Shown in pieces: positions 1-8,422 of a DNA stretch of 64,000 bases. Position 1 is the first letter of the stretch, and every line of letters begins with the position of its first letter. The notes below the pieces were generated by a model, which saw nothing but the letters and a program-made list of their open reading frames with translations, had not been told where the DNA came from and searched no databases. The stretch is from Candidatus Geohabitans tengchongensis. GTDB taxonomy: Bacteria > Sysuimicrobiota > Sysuimicrobiia > Sysuimicrobiales > Humicultoraceae. The stretch covers positions 252,061 through 316,060 of the forward strand of contig JAVKIH010000002.1 in the NCBI GenBank assembly GCA_031459625.1, given 5' to 3'. A program made the translations under genes and the position numbers.

Positions 1-67
1 CTGAGATCAGGGGACGAAGGAAAAGTCAGTGCTGATGCGGGTTTCAAAGGATGCGAGGTCTCAGGCA

Positions 68-95
68 AAGGTACCTCGAGGTCGGTTTCTGTCAA
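68..95 (-). promoter_or_regulatory. Putative sigma70-type promoter pointing out of the left window edge
   Basis: Minus strand TTGACA (95-90), 16 nt spacer, TACCTT (73-68), in a lower-GC stretch. Confidence 0.45.
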
Positions 96-151
96 ACATG
101 GGCTAGACGACGGGACACGGGGCGGGCGGCAGGACGCCCGACCTCCGGCCG

Positions 152-2899
152 CTACCGGGTTCCTGCCAGTCGCTCGAGGATCCGCCCCAGCCGCTCGATC
201 TCCTCGCCGTACCCCTGGAAGTCCCCCGCGGCCAGCCGCTGACGCGCGCGCCGGTAGACCTCCAGCGCCTCCCGGGCGAGCCGCTCCCGCTCCGCCGCCG
301 TCCCCGGCCCTGCGGAGCCTGGCGGCCCCGGGGCAGCCGGGCCCCGAACGGGCGGGCCCGGAGCCGGTGGGCCCGTCGCGGCGCCCGGCGGCGCCGGGCG
401 CCCGCCCACGACCGCGGCCAGGGCGGCCTCCAGGGTCTCCGCCATCTGGATGCGCGGCCCCGTGGCCACGATCACCCGCTTCAGCTCGGGGAGCTGGCTG
501 CGCGTCGCCTGCAGGAAGAGGGGTTCGACGTAGAGCAGCCCCTGCTCGATGGGGATGACCAGCAGGTTGCCGCGGATGACCCGCGACCCCTCCTGGTTCC
601 ACAGCGTGATCTGCTGGGAGATGTGCGGGTCCTGGTTGATGCGCGACTCCACCTGCATGGGGCCGAAGACGATCGACTGCTTGGGGAAACGGTAGACCAG
701 GATCTCTCCGTAGTGCGGGGGGTCGTTGCGCGCCGCCATCCACCCCACCAGGTTGTCCCGGTTGGCCGGCGTGAACGGCAGGATGAGGACGAACTCCGGC
801 CGCGCCCGCGGGTCGGGATCGACGCGGATCGTCACGTAGTACGGCTCCACCGGGACCGTCTCGTCGCCGAAGACCTCGTTGGGGATCGCCCAGATGTCCT
901 CCCGGTTGTAGAAGACCCGCGGGTCGCGCATGTGGAAGGTGCTGTAGACGCGCGCCTGGACCTCGAAGAGGTCGACGGGGTAGCGGAAGTGGGCGGCGAT
1001 GGCGGGCGGGACGGCGCCGGCCGGCTTGAAGAGCTCGGGGAAGACGCCGGCGAAGGCCTGCGCCACCGGGTCCGTGGGGTCGACCAGGTAGAAGTCCACC
1101 GTGCCGTGGTAGGCGTCCACCACCACCTTCACCGAGTTGCGGATGTAGTTGATCCCCCCGAGCGGCGTGCTGTAAGGGTAGCGGCTCGAGGTGGTGTAGG
1201 CGTCCACGATCCAGTAGAGGCGGCCGTCGGCCAGCACCAGGTACGGGTCGCGGTCGTAGCGCAGGAAGGGGGCGATGCGCTCCAGCCGCGTGCGGACGGT
1301 ACGGGCGAAGAGGATGCGGCTCTGGGGGCCGATGTCGCCGGAGAGGGCCAGCTTCAGGTCGGCGAAGCGGTAGGCGAAGGCCAGCCGGCGCAGCCAGGAG
1401 AGACGGATGCCGCCCCGCCCGCCGTAGGTGGTGTAGACGTTCTCGTCCCCGCGCGGGTAGTCGAACTCTTGCACCCGGGTGTTCACGATGACGTAGCGGT
1501 CGGTGCGCTCGCCGAAGTAGAGGCGCGGCTCGCGCACCGCCAGCTCCGGCAGGCCCCGCGGCGGGATGTCCCGCAGCCAGAACTCCGGCATCCCCTCCTC
1601 GGAGATGCGGTTCACCGGGCTCATCACCAGGCCGAAGCCGTGGGTGAAGACCAGGTGTTCGTTCACCCAGGAGCGGGCCGGGGCGGTGAGGCGCTCGATG
1701 TCCAGCTCCCGCGCGGAGAGCATCACCTGCCGTTGGGCTCCCTCCACCCGGTAGCGGTCGATGTCCACGTCGAGGAAGGTGTAGTACTGCCGCAGTGACT
1801 GGAGCTGCCGGTAGGCCTGCAGCAGCGGCCGGTAGTCCCACAGGCGCACGTTCTCCACCGTGTCGTGGTGACGCTGCAGGTCCGCGGCGGTGACGGCCCC
1901 GCCGGGGAAGTCCACCTCGCGCACGCGGGTGAGGCCGAAGCCCGCCAGCGTCCCCTGGATGCCGCGGCGGATGTAGGGGGCCTCCAGGGTCAGCTCGCTC
2001 GGCTTGACCCGGAAGGTCTGCACGAACCCGGGCAGCACCCGCAGCCCCACGAACCAGGCCGCCAGGGTGAGCAGCAGCACCCCGGCGGCGAAGCGCAGGG
2101 TGCGCAGGCGCACGTTGGCCAGCAGCAGGAGCCCGGCCACCAGGAAGAGGACCGCCAGCACCCGCAGGGCCGGCAGGACCACGTGGACGTCGGTGTAGCC
2201 CGCCCCCGCCACGATCCCGCCCGGGGCGTAGACGAGGGCGAAGCTGTCGAGCCAGAAGCCCCAGCCGCGGACCAGCAGGAGCAGGCCGAGTAGCAGCGAG
2301 AGGTGGACGCGGACGCGCGGCGGGGGCGGCCAGGCGCCTCGCACCGCCGCCGGCGCGAGCTGCAGCAGGTAGCCCGCCCCCACCGCGATGAGTGTCACCA
2401 CGAGCCAGGCGAAGAGGAACTGGGCGACCCACTGGTAGACGGGGAGGCGGAAGACGAAGAACCCGGCGTCGATGCCGAAGAGCGGGTCGGGCACGCCGAA
2501 GGGCCGGGCGTGCACGAACTGCTGGAACATCGGCCACCGCTCCGAGGCCCCCAGCCCTGCCACGAAGGCCAGTGCCGCCAGCCCCAGCGTGACCCAGCGC
2601 GGCAACAGGGTGGGCGCGCGGCGGCGGCGGAAGCCGCGGGGCGTCCGCACCATATCGACGACCTCGCCGGCCGGCGGGCGCCGTAGCAGCGGCAGGGCGT
2701 TCAGGGAGAGCAGCAGGAAGAGCACGCCACCCACCACGAGGGTGACACCGATGCGGGAGAGGAGCGGCACCCAGAAGACGCGGCGGTAGCCCACCTCGCC
2801 GAACCACAGCCAGTCGGTGTACCAGCGCGCCAGGGTGGGGGCGAGGATGAAGAGGACGACGACCAGCGCGACCAGCAGCACCCGCCACAGCCAGGTCAT
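152..2899 (-). CDS. UPF0182 family membrane protein
   Basis: 915 aa; N-terminal multi-TM region starting YTDWLWF; motifs DPLFGIDAGFFVFRLP, VRLWD, WVNEHLVFTHG, NYIRNSVK, GNLLVIP. Confidence 0.93.
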   Translation of the reverse strand: MTWLWRVLLVALVVVLFILAPTLARWYTDWLWFGEVGYRRVFWVPLLSRIGVTLVVGGVLFLLLSLNALPLLRRPPAGEVVDMVRTPRGFRRRRAPTLLPRWVTLGLAALAFVAGLGASERWPMFQQFVHARPFGVPDPLFGIDAGFFVFRLPVYQWVAQFLFAWLVVTLIAVGAGYLLQLAPAAVRGAWPPPPRVRVHLSLLLGLLLLVRGWGFWLDSFALVYAPGGIVAGAGYTDVHVVLPALRVLAVLFLVAGLLLLANVRLRTLRFAAGVLLLTLAAWFVGLRVLPGFVQTFRVKPSELTLEAPYIRRGIQGTLAGFGLTRVREVDFPGGAVTAADLQRHHDTVENVRLWDYRPLLQAYRQLQSLRQYYTFLDVDIDRYRVEGAQRQVMLSARELDIERLTAPARSWVNEHLVFTHGFGLVMSPVNRISEEGMPEFWLRDIPPRGLPELAVREPRLYFGERTDRYVIVNTRVQEFDYPRGDENVYTTYGGRGGIRLSWLRRLAFAYRFADLKLALSGDIGPQSRILFARTVRTRLERIAPFLRYDRDPYLVLADGRLYWIVDAYTTSSRYPYSTPLGGINYIRNSVKVVVDAYHGTVDFYLVDPTDPVAQAFAGVFPELFKPAGAVPPAIAAHFRYPVDLFEVQARVYSTFHMRDPRVFYNREDIWAIPNEVFGDETVPVEPYYVTIRVDPDPRARPEFVLILPFTPANRDNLVGWMAARNDPPHYGEILVYRFPKQSIVFGPMQVESRINQDPHISQQITLWNQEGSRVIRGNLLVIPIEQGLLYVEPLFLQATRSQLPELKRVIVATGPRIQMAETLEAALAAVVGGRPAPPGAATGPPAPGPPVRGPAAPGPPGSAGPGTAAERERLAREALEVYRRARQRLAAGDFQGYGEEIERLGRILERLAGTR

Positions 2900-2980
2900 G
2901 GTGGACTCCTCTTCGCGCCACGGCTCCCCGCCCCCTGGGTGGGGACCATGCGGGACCGCCCGTAGGCTACAATATGCGTG

Positions 2981-3301
2981 ATGGCCATGGTGACGCTCGA
3001 CCGCGACCAGGTCGTGGAGGTCCTCAAGACCGTCTACGACCCGGAGATCCCCGTGAACATCTGGGACCTGGGACTGGTCTACGACCTGACGGTGACCGAC
3101 GCGGCCGTGGCCATCAAGATGACCCTCACCGCGCTGGGCTGCCCCATCGGCCCGGCCATCGCCGCCGAGATCGAGGAGAAGGTCAAGGCCCTCGGCGCCC
3201 AGACCGTGACGGTGGACTTCGTCTGGTCCCCGCCCTGGACGCCCGACCGGCTCACCCAGGAGGGCCGGGAGATGCTCCAGGCGATGGGGTACCCGGTGTA
3301 G
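2981..3301 (+). CDS. DUF59/SufT-like metal-sulfur cluster assembly factor
   Basis: DPEIPVNIWDLGLVY...MTLTALGCP...PPWTPD signature; ATG 2981 lies 7 nt after TACAAT (GTG 2978 is an alternative start). Confidence 0.88.
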   Translation: MAMVTLDRDQVVEVLKTVYDPEIPVNIWDLGLVYDLTVTDAAVAIKMTLTALGCPIGPAIAAEIEEKVKALGAQTVTVDFVWSPPWTPDRLTQEGREMLQAMGYPV

Positions 3302-5030
3302 TCGCGCGCCGCATCGGCGCGCGACCTCGCCTGACCCACTCCATGCCCCTCCCCACCGCGTACCCCACGAGCCCGATCACGGGCGTCACCGGCGCCAGCA
3401 CCCCGACCGGCACCATCGCCACCAGGCTCAGGTAGAACCGGAACCCGTGCCCCAGGTCCGGGAGGTACCAGGGGAAGCGGAAGCCCCACAGCACCCAGAA
3501 GTGCAGGGCGTGGAGCAGGACGACCCAGGCGACGAGGTAGGCGGCGGTGAGCCCCGCCACCGCTCCCGTGGCCGCCCCGCGCCGCCGGGCGGCCCACCCG
3601 GCCACGAAGGCGGCGGCGGCCAGCGCCAGGGCCGCCTCGCGGGCACGCTCGTCGAAGAACGGCCGCAACAGGTCCTCCCGGTTGATGACGCTCAGCGAGA
3701 AGGTGTACCCGCGGCCGACGTACAGCCCCAGCGCCACGACGAAGAAGACGGCGGCTCCGGCCGCCGCCGGCAGCAGGTCTCGTCGCGGGCGGTAGGCCAG
3801 CAGCCCCGCCAGCGGCACGAGCCCCAGGACGAGGGCTCCCGGCAGGCGTGACCGGCGCTCGCGCCCAAGCCCCCGCTCGCGCCACTCCGACATCTGCCGG
3901 GCCAGGTCGTCGGCGGCGGCCATGAGCGCCTCCTCGGGGGTGGCCGTCCCCAGCGGCGTGGTGAAGACGGGCGCGTGCCGGCGCAGCGCCACCTGCGCGT
4001 AGACCCCGAAGATGGCCGCCTGCTGCTGCCCCCACCGCCGGTCCAGCCCCTCCGGCATCGCCGTGAAGGCCTCGATGAGCGGGCGGCCCACGCTGTGGCT
4101 GGGGATGGGCAGGCCCAGCAGGGCGGCCAGCGTGGGGGCGAGGTCTGCGTGGCGCGCCTCGAACCCTTCCCCCGCCGCCACCCCGGGGCCGGCCAGCAGG
4201 AGCGGCACCGCCCGGACGACCTCCTCGGCGCCGCCGTGCCCCCCGCGGTCCAGGTGGCCGTGGTCCGCGGTCAGCAGCACGGCCGTGGTGGCGAGGTCCA
4301 CTCGAGCGAGCAGCCGCCCCAGCTCCTCGTCCAGCACGCGCACCGTGTCGGCGTAGGGCTGGCTGCGCACGCCGTAGCCATGCGCCATCAGGTCCGGGGC
4401 CGGGAAGTGGAGGAGGATGAGGGCGGCCGTGCCCTCGCGCAGGAAGCGCTCGCCGGCGCGGGCCACCGCGATGGTGGTCTGGTGGATGGCGGCCAGGTCG
4501 GTCAGGGGTGGGTCGGGGACCGCCACGACCTCGTCCAGGTCACCGCCGAAGAGCTGGCGCCACCCGGGGTGCCCGGCGGCGGCCGTGCGGTGCCCGGCGC
4601 GCCGGGCGGCGGCGAAGAGCGAATCCACGCGCACGGGGCCGCGGTGCCAGTTCGTCGTCACCCCGCTGATCTCCGGTGGGGCACCGGTGGCGATGGCCGT
4701 CCACCCGGGGTACGAGAGCGTCGGCGGCGTGGCCCAGGCCCTCCCCAGCGCGGCGCGGGTCTGGAACCGCTCGCGCACGGCCATGCCGGCGAAGGTGTCG
4801 ACACGCAGGCCGTCCGCGACGATGAGGAGCGCCCGCCGCGCCGGGCCGGGGCCGCCCGGCGCGGGCGGGAGCGGAGCAGCGAACGGCGTGCGGTACTCGA
4901 CGACCGCATTCCAGGTCCGCACGGCCAGGGCCCGCGCGCCGAGCCCGGCCAGCACCAGCATGAGCGCAAGGAGGAGGACGGCGAGCGGGCGGCCCACCCG
5001 CAGGCGCATCGGGCTCATCCCCGGAACCAT
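3252..5030 (-). CDS. Alkaline-phosphatase-superfamily (phosphodiesterase/phosphotransferase) membrane protein
   Basis: N-terminal TM; IVADGLR, PTLSYP, DLMAH, TADHGH..GGHGG; five or more C-terminal TM helices. Confidence 0.8.
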   Translation of the reverse strand: MVPGMSPMRLRVGRPLAVLLLALMLVLAGLGARALAVRTWNAVVEYRTPFAAPLPPAPGGPGPARRALLIVADGLRVDTFAGMAVRERFQTRAALGRAWATPPTLSYPGWTAIATGAPPEISGVTTNWHRGPVRVDSLFAAARRAGHRTAAAGHPGWRQLFGGDLDEVVAVPDPPLTDLAAIHQTTIAVARAGERFLREGTAALILLHFPAPDLMAHGYGVRSQPYADTVRVLDEELGRLLARVDLATTAVLLTADHGHLDRGGHGGAEEVVRAVPLLLAGPGVAAGEGFEARHADLAPTLAALLGLPIPSHSVGRPLIEAFTAMPEGLDRRWGQQQAAIFGVYAQVALRRHAPVFTTPLGTATPEEALMAAADDLARQMSEWRERGLGRERRSRLPGALVLGLVPLAGLLAYRPRRDLLPAAAGAAVFFVVALGLYVGRGYTFSLSVINREDLLRPFFDERAREAALALAAAAFVAGWAARRRGAATGAVAGLTAAYLVAWVVLLHALHFWVLWGFRFPWYLPDLGHGFRFYLSLVAMVPVGVLAPVTPVIGLVGYAVGRGMEWVRRGRAPMRRATTPGTPSPGASPGPPG

Positions 5031-5113
5031 TCGGGCCGTCGGGTCGTTCCCCTTGCCGGCGGTCGGTCCGAGCGGCAGGGAGCGGCAACCTCGCCGGCGG
5101 ATAGAATGACGGC

Positions 5114-5620
5114 GTGACCCGCAAACACCGCGCCCGCGCCCGTCCCCGCCAGCCGGCCGGCCGGCGGCGGGGCTACCTCCCCTGGCTTGTCGCCGCGGTG
5201 GTGGCGGCCGCCTTCATCCTCATGGTGGCGGCCCTGGCCCGCCAGCCGCGCCTGCCTCGCGTGGGGGATCACTGGCACGCCCGCTTCACCCTGGAAGTGT
5301 GCGGGACGGTGCAACCGCCGTTCCCGCCCTCTCCGGGCGACGTCCACACGCACGGCGACGGGGTGATCCACATTCACCCGAGCACGCGCGAGACCAGCGG
5401 TCGGGCGGCGTCGCTTGGCGCGTTCTTCCGCAGCGTCGGCATGCGCCTCACCCCTTCCACGCTCTCCTTGCCCGACGGGCGGACCTTGCGGGACGGGGAG
5501 CGCTGCCCCGACGGGCGGCAGGCGCACCTGCGCGTCCTGGTGAACGGCCGGGAGGTCCGCGACCCCCTCGCCTACGTGCCGCAGGACCGCGACCAGGTCC
5601 GCGTCGTCTATGGGCCGTGA
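5114..5620 (+). CDS. Membrane-anchored hypothetical protein with His-rich motifs
   Basis: One N-terminal TM, then DHWHA and VHTHGDGVIHIHP; TAGAAT 6 nt upstream of GTG. Confidence 0.75.
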   Translation: MTRKHRARARPRQPAGRRRGYLPWLVAAVVAAAFILMVAALARQPRLPRVGDHWHARFTLEVCGTVQPPFPPSPGDVHTHGDGVIHIHPSTRETSGRAASLGAFFRSVGMRLTPSTLSLPDGRTLRDGERCPDGRQAHLRVLVNGREVRDPLAYVPQDRDQVRVVYGP

Positions 5621-5690
5621 GGGCCCCGCGCCGCGGGGAGCCTGCCTCACTGCGCGTGTACTGCCTCATCCACTGAGGTCATACAGCGCG

Positions 5691-5720
5691 TTGACGGGCG
5701 CAGAGCGGCTTCGCTAGCTA
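5691..5720 (+). promoter_or_regulatory. Putative promoter for the small RNA/sORF unit
   Basis: TTGACG (5691-5696), about 18 nt spacer, weak -10-like TAGCTA (5715-5720). Confidence 0.35.
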
Positions 5721-5779
5721 GGCTGTGGCAGTCGCCCTGGGTTGCCAGATGGCTCAGGGGAAAGGAGGTGAGGCCGCGG

Positions 5780-5824
5780 ATGGATCCCGTGACCCCGGCC
5801 CACCTGAGGAGGACAGCGGGGTAG
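5780..5824 (+). CDS. Putative 14-aa small peptide MDPVTPAHLRRTAG
   Basis: Perfect SD AAAGGAGGTGA (5761-5771) 8 nt before ATG; TAG at 5822-5824. Confidence 0.45.
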   Translation: MDPVTPAHLRRTAG

Positions 5825-5848
5825 GTCCCCCTCGGGGTGTGCACGCCC

Positions 5849-5884
5849 AGCGTCCTGGCTCGTGGGCCGGGGCGCTTTTCTGTT
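5849..5884 (+). terminator. Intrinsic terminator
   Basis: Stem AGCGTCCTGGCT / GGCCGGGGCGCT (12 bp with G-U pairs) followed by TTTCTGTT. Confidence 0.7.
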
Positions 5885-6010
5885 GGGCGGTGGTTCGCGC
5901 GGCCCGTCTGGACGAACCCGTCTTAACGAAGAGGAAACAGGGCAGGTCAGGTCGTAGAGAAAGCGGCGTTCGTCGTCGAGCCGTCGCCGCGTTCGACCCG
6001 AGCAACCGTC

Positions 6011-7405
6011 GTGGCGCTCATCCTGGCGTTCCTGGCCATCCTCTTCCTCCTCCCGGCGGGCCCGGCCGGCGGGCAGCCCCGTGGAGACGACCCCGCCCGC
6101 CTGCTGGACATCGGCTGGACTCTTCAGGAGAGCGCAGTGAAGATCGTGGTCCACCTGGACCGGCCGGTCCGCTTCCGCACGGTGAATGCCGCTGACCGGC
6201 TTCTGGTCGACCTCTGGCCGGTGGAGGCGGACCGCCCCCGGGTCGTCCCGGTGCGCACGGGGGTGGTGGGGGACGTCTGGCAGGAGACGCTGGACAGCCG
6301 CATCGTGCGGATGAGCATCGGGCTGCGGCGGGCCGCCCGCTACAAGTTCTTCACCCGGGCCGAGCCCTACAAGCTGGCCGTCATCCTGGTCCCCGTCTGG
6401 CAGGCCACCACGCCACTCCCGGCCAGCGTGGCCTACCGGAAACTGCGGGTGGAGACGGGGCGCGGCTCGACGGCCGTCCACGCGGTCACGGTCGACCTGG
6501 GCGACCCGCGCATCGAGCTCCGTCCCGTCCTCGCCTCCGGGGTCATCCCCGGGCACGAGCCGACCGGCGCCGCCGCCACCCGCCACGACGCCATCGCCGC
6601 CATCAACGGCGGGTTCTTCACCGTCCCCACCGGCCAGCCGCTCGGGATGGTCGTCATCGACGGCAAGCTCCTCTCCACGCCGCTGCCGCGCCGCTCGGTC
6701 TTCGCCATCACCACCCAGGGGCGCCCGGTGATCCAGCCCTTCGAGTTCCGCGGGCGCCTGGAGACCGACACGGGGCGGCGCGCGCCCATCTCGGCGGTGA
6801 ACCGGCCGCCGCGCTCCGGCGGGGTGGCCGTCTACACCCCCGAGTACGGGCCGCTCACGCCGGCGCACCGGCTGAGCGCCGTCGTGCGCGACGGTTACGT
6901 CGTGGGCTTCGCCTCCGGCCGCGTCCCCATCCCCGCCGACGGCTACGTCCTCTCCACCGCCGCCTGGGAGACGCACTACCTCACCGAGACCCTGCAGCGC
7001 CAGCAGCGCCTCCGCCTCGACCTGGCGGTGACGCCCGGGAGCATCGTCCACGCCCTCGGCGGGGGGCCGCGCCTGGTGAAGGACGGGGAGGTCTTCGTGC
7101 CCTACGAGTGGGAGTGGTTCCCCCGCAGCCTCGTCATGCGCCGCACCTCCCGGTCGGCGGTCGGCATCACGGCGGCGGGAAAGGTGGTCCTGGTCACGGT
7201 GGAAGGGCGCAACCGCGAGAACAGCGGCATGAACCTCTACGAGCTGGCCCGGTTCATGCGGGCGCTCGGCGCCGTGCAGGCCATGAACCTCGACGGGGGT
7301 GGCTCGTCGACGCTCGTCGTCGGCGGCCAGGTCGTGAACCGGGCGGAGCGGGAGCAGCGCGGCGTCGCCTCGATGCTGGTGGTCGTGCGCCGCCCCGGCG
7401 ACTGA
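6011..7405 (+). CDS. Phosphodiester glycosidase (NAGPA/DUF2233) family secreted protein with N-terminal AMIN-like domain
   Basis: Signal peptide; AAINGGFF, GGGPRLV, RSAVG, AMNLDGGGSS motifs. Confidence 0.88.
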   Translation: MALILAFLAILFLLPAGPAGGQPRGDDPARLLDIGWTLQESAVKIVVHLDRPVRFRTVNAADRLLVDLWPVEADRPRVVPVRTGVVGDVWQETLDSRIVRMSIGLRRAARYKFFTRAEPYKLAVILVPVWQATTPLPASVAYRKLRVETGRGSTAVHAVTVDLGDPRIELRPVLASGVIPGHEPTGAAATRHDAIAAINGGFFTVPTGQPLGMVVIDGKLLSTPLPRRSVFAITTQGRPVIQPFEFRGRLETDTGRRAPISAVNRPPRSGGVAVYTPEYGPLTPAHRLSAVVRDGYVVGFASGRVPIPADGYVLSTAAWETHYLTETLQRQQRLRLDLAVTPGSIVHALGGGPRLVKDGEVFVPYEWEWFPRSLVMRRTSRSAVGITAAGKVVLVTVEGRNRENSGMNLYELARFMRALGAVQAMNLDGGGSSTLVVGGQVVNRAEREQRGVASMLVVVRRPGD

Positions 7406-7453
7406 CCCCCCGCCCTGGCGGCTGACCCCCCGCCCCGGCGGCTGAACCCCCGC
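7391..7453 (+). repeat. 20-bp tandem repeat, 3 copies
   Basis: CGCCCCGGCGACTGACCCCC / CGCCCTGGCGGCTGACCCCC / CGCCCCGGCGGCTGAACCCC, spanning the gene stop codon. Confidence 0.85.
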
Positions 7454-7618
7454 GCGGGCCCGCCCCTCCCGCGCCGACCCTGCCCGACGCCTCCGGACCC
7501 CGCGTCCCCCCCACCGGCCTCCGCCCGTAGCATCCCCCGGAGGGCACCCTGCGCCCGCGACCTCGCCTGTGGTAAGACCGTTACACAGCCGCATGACGAT
7601 GCTGGAGGGACCGGAGCG

Positions 7619-8422
7619 ATGCCCCTGCTGCCTCCCCTGACGCGCGTGGAGGCCGTCGAGGCGATGGAGCGGCCCCAGCCGCTGGCGGCAATGGCCGCCT
7701 GCCTCGCCGACCTGGCCCGCCTCAACCGGCTGCTGGGGATGCGCCGCCTGGTGGTGCGCCTCCTCGGGCCGTTCCTGGCCCCCGGTGTGACGACGCTCAC
7801 CCTGGCCGACGTGGCCACCGGGGGCGCCGACCTCCCCCGCGCCTTCGTCGCCTGGGGACGGGCGCGCGGGGTCGCCGTGCGCGTCCTTGCCCTCGACCGG
7901 CACCCTCTGATCGCTACCCTGGCGCAGGAGGCCACAGCCTCCTTCCCCGAGATCGCCGTGGTCGTCGGGGACGCACGGGCGCTCCCGCTGCCCGACGGCG
8001 CGGTGGACGTGGCCATCTGCACGAGTACCCTCCACCACTTCTCCCCGGATGCGGCGGTGGCGGTCCTGCGGGAACTCGACCGGGTGGGGCGGCGCGGCTT
8101 CATCGTCACCGACCTGGTCCGCGCGTGGGGCGCGTATGCCGGGGCCCGGGTCCTGGCCGCCACGGTTCAGCGGAGTCCCATCACCCGGGCGGACGGCCCG
8201 CTCTCGGTGCGGCGCGCCTACACGGTGCCCGAGGTGGAGGCCCTCTGTGCCCGTGCCGGTCTGCGGGAGGTCACCCTCAGACGCCACCCGCTCTTCCGCC
8301 TCTCGCTCGTGTGCCGTCGCCCCGACCCTGACGGCCGGCATCCGCGGCACGGCCGCGTCCGGGCGGCCACACCCCGTGACCGCTGCCGCTACACCGCCGA
8401 TGAGCCCCGTCCAGCGCCCTGA
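7619..8422 (+). CDS. Class I SAM-dependent methyltransferase
   Basis: DLARLNRLLG, ADVATGGAD (motif I), GDARALP, LHHF, DGPLSVRRAYT. Confidence 0.85.
   Translation: MPLLPPLTRVEAVEAMERPQPLAAMAACLADLARLNRLLGMRRLVVRLLGPFLAPGVTTLTLADVATGGADLPRAFVAWGRARGVAVRVLALDRHPLIATLAQEATASFPEIAVVVGDARALPLPDGAVDVAICTSTLHHFSPDAAVAVLRELDRVGRRGFIVTDLVRAWGAYAGARVLAATVQRSPITRADGPLSVRRAYTVPEVEALCARAGLREVTLRRHPLFRLSLVCRRPDPDGRHPRHGRVRAATPRDRCRYTADEPRPAP

Noticed and set aside
5761..5771. Minus-strand TCACCTCCTTT resembling the 16S rRNA 3' end
   Set aside because: Flanking sequence does not match 16S helix 45; better read as a plus-strand SD.
7391..7453. Possible mini-CRISPR
   Set aside because: Repeats are directly tandem with no spacers and no cas genes are present.
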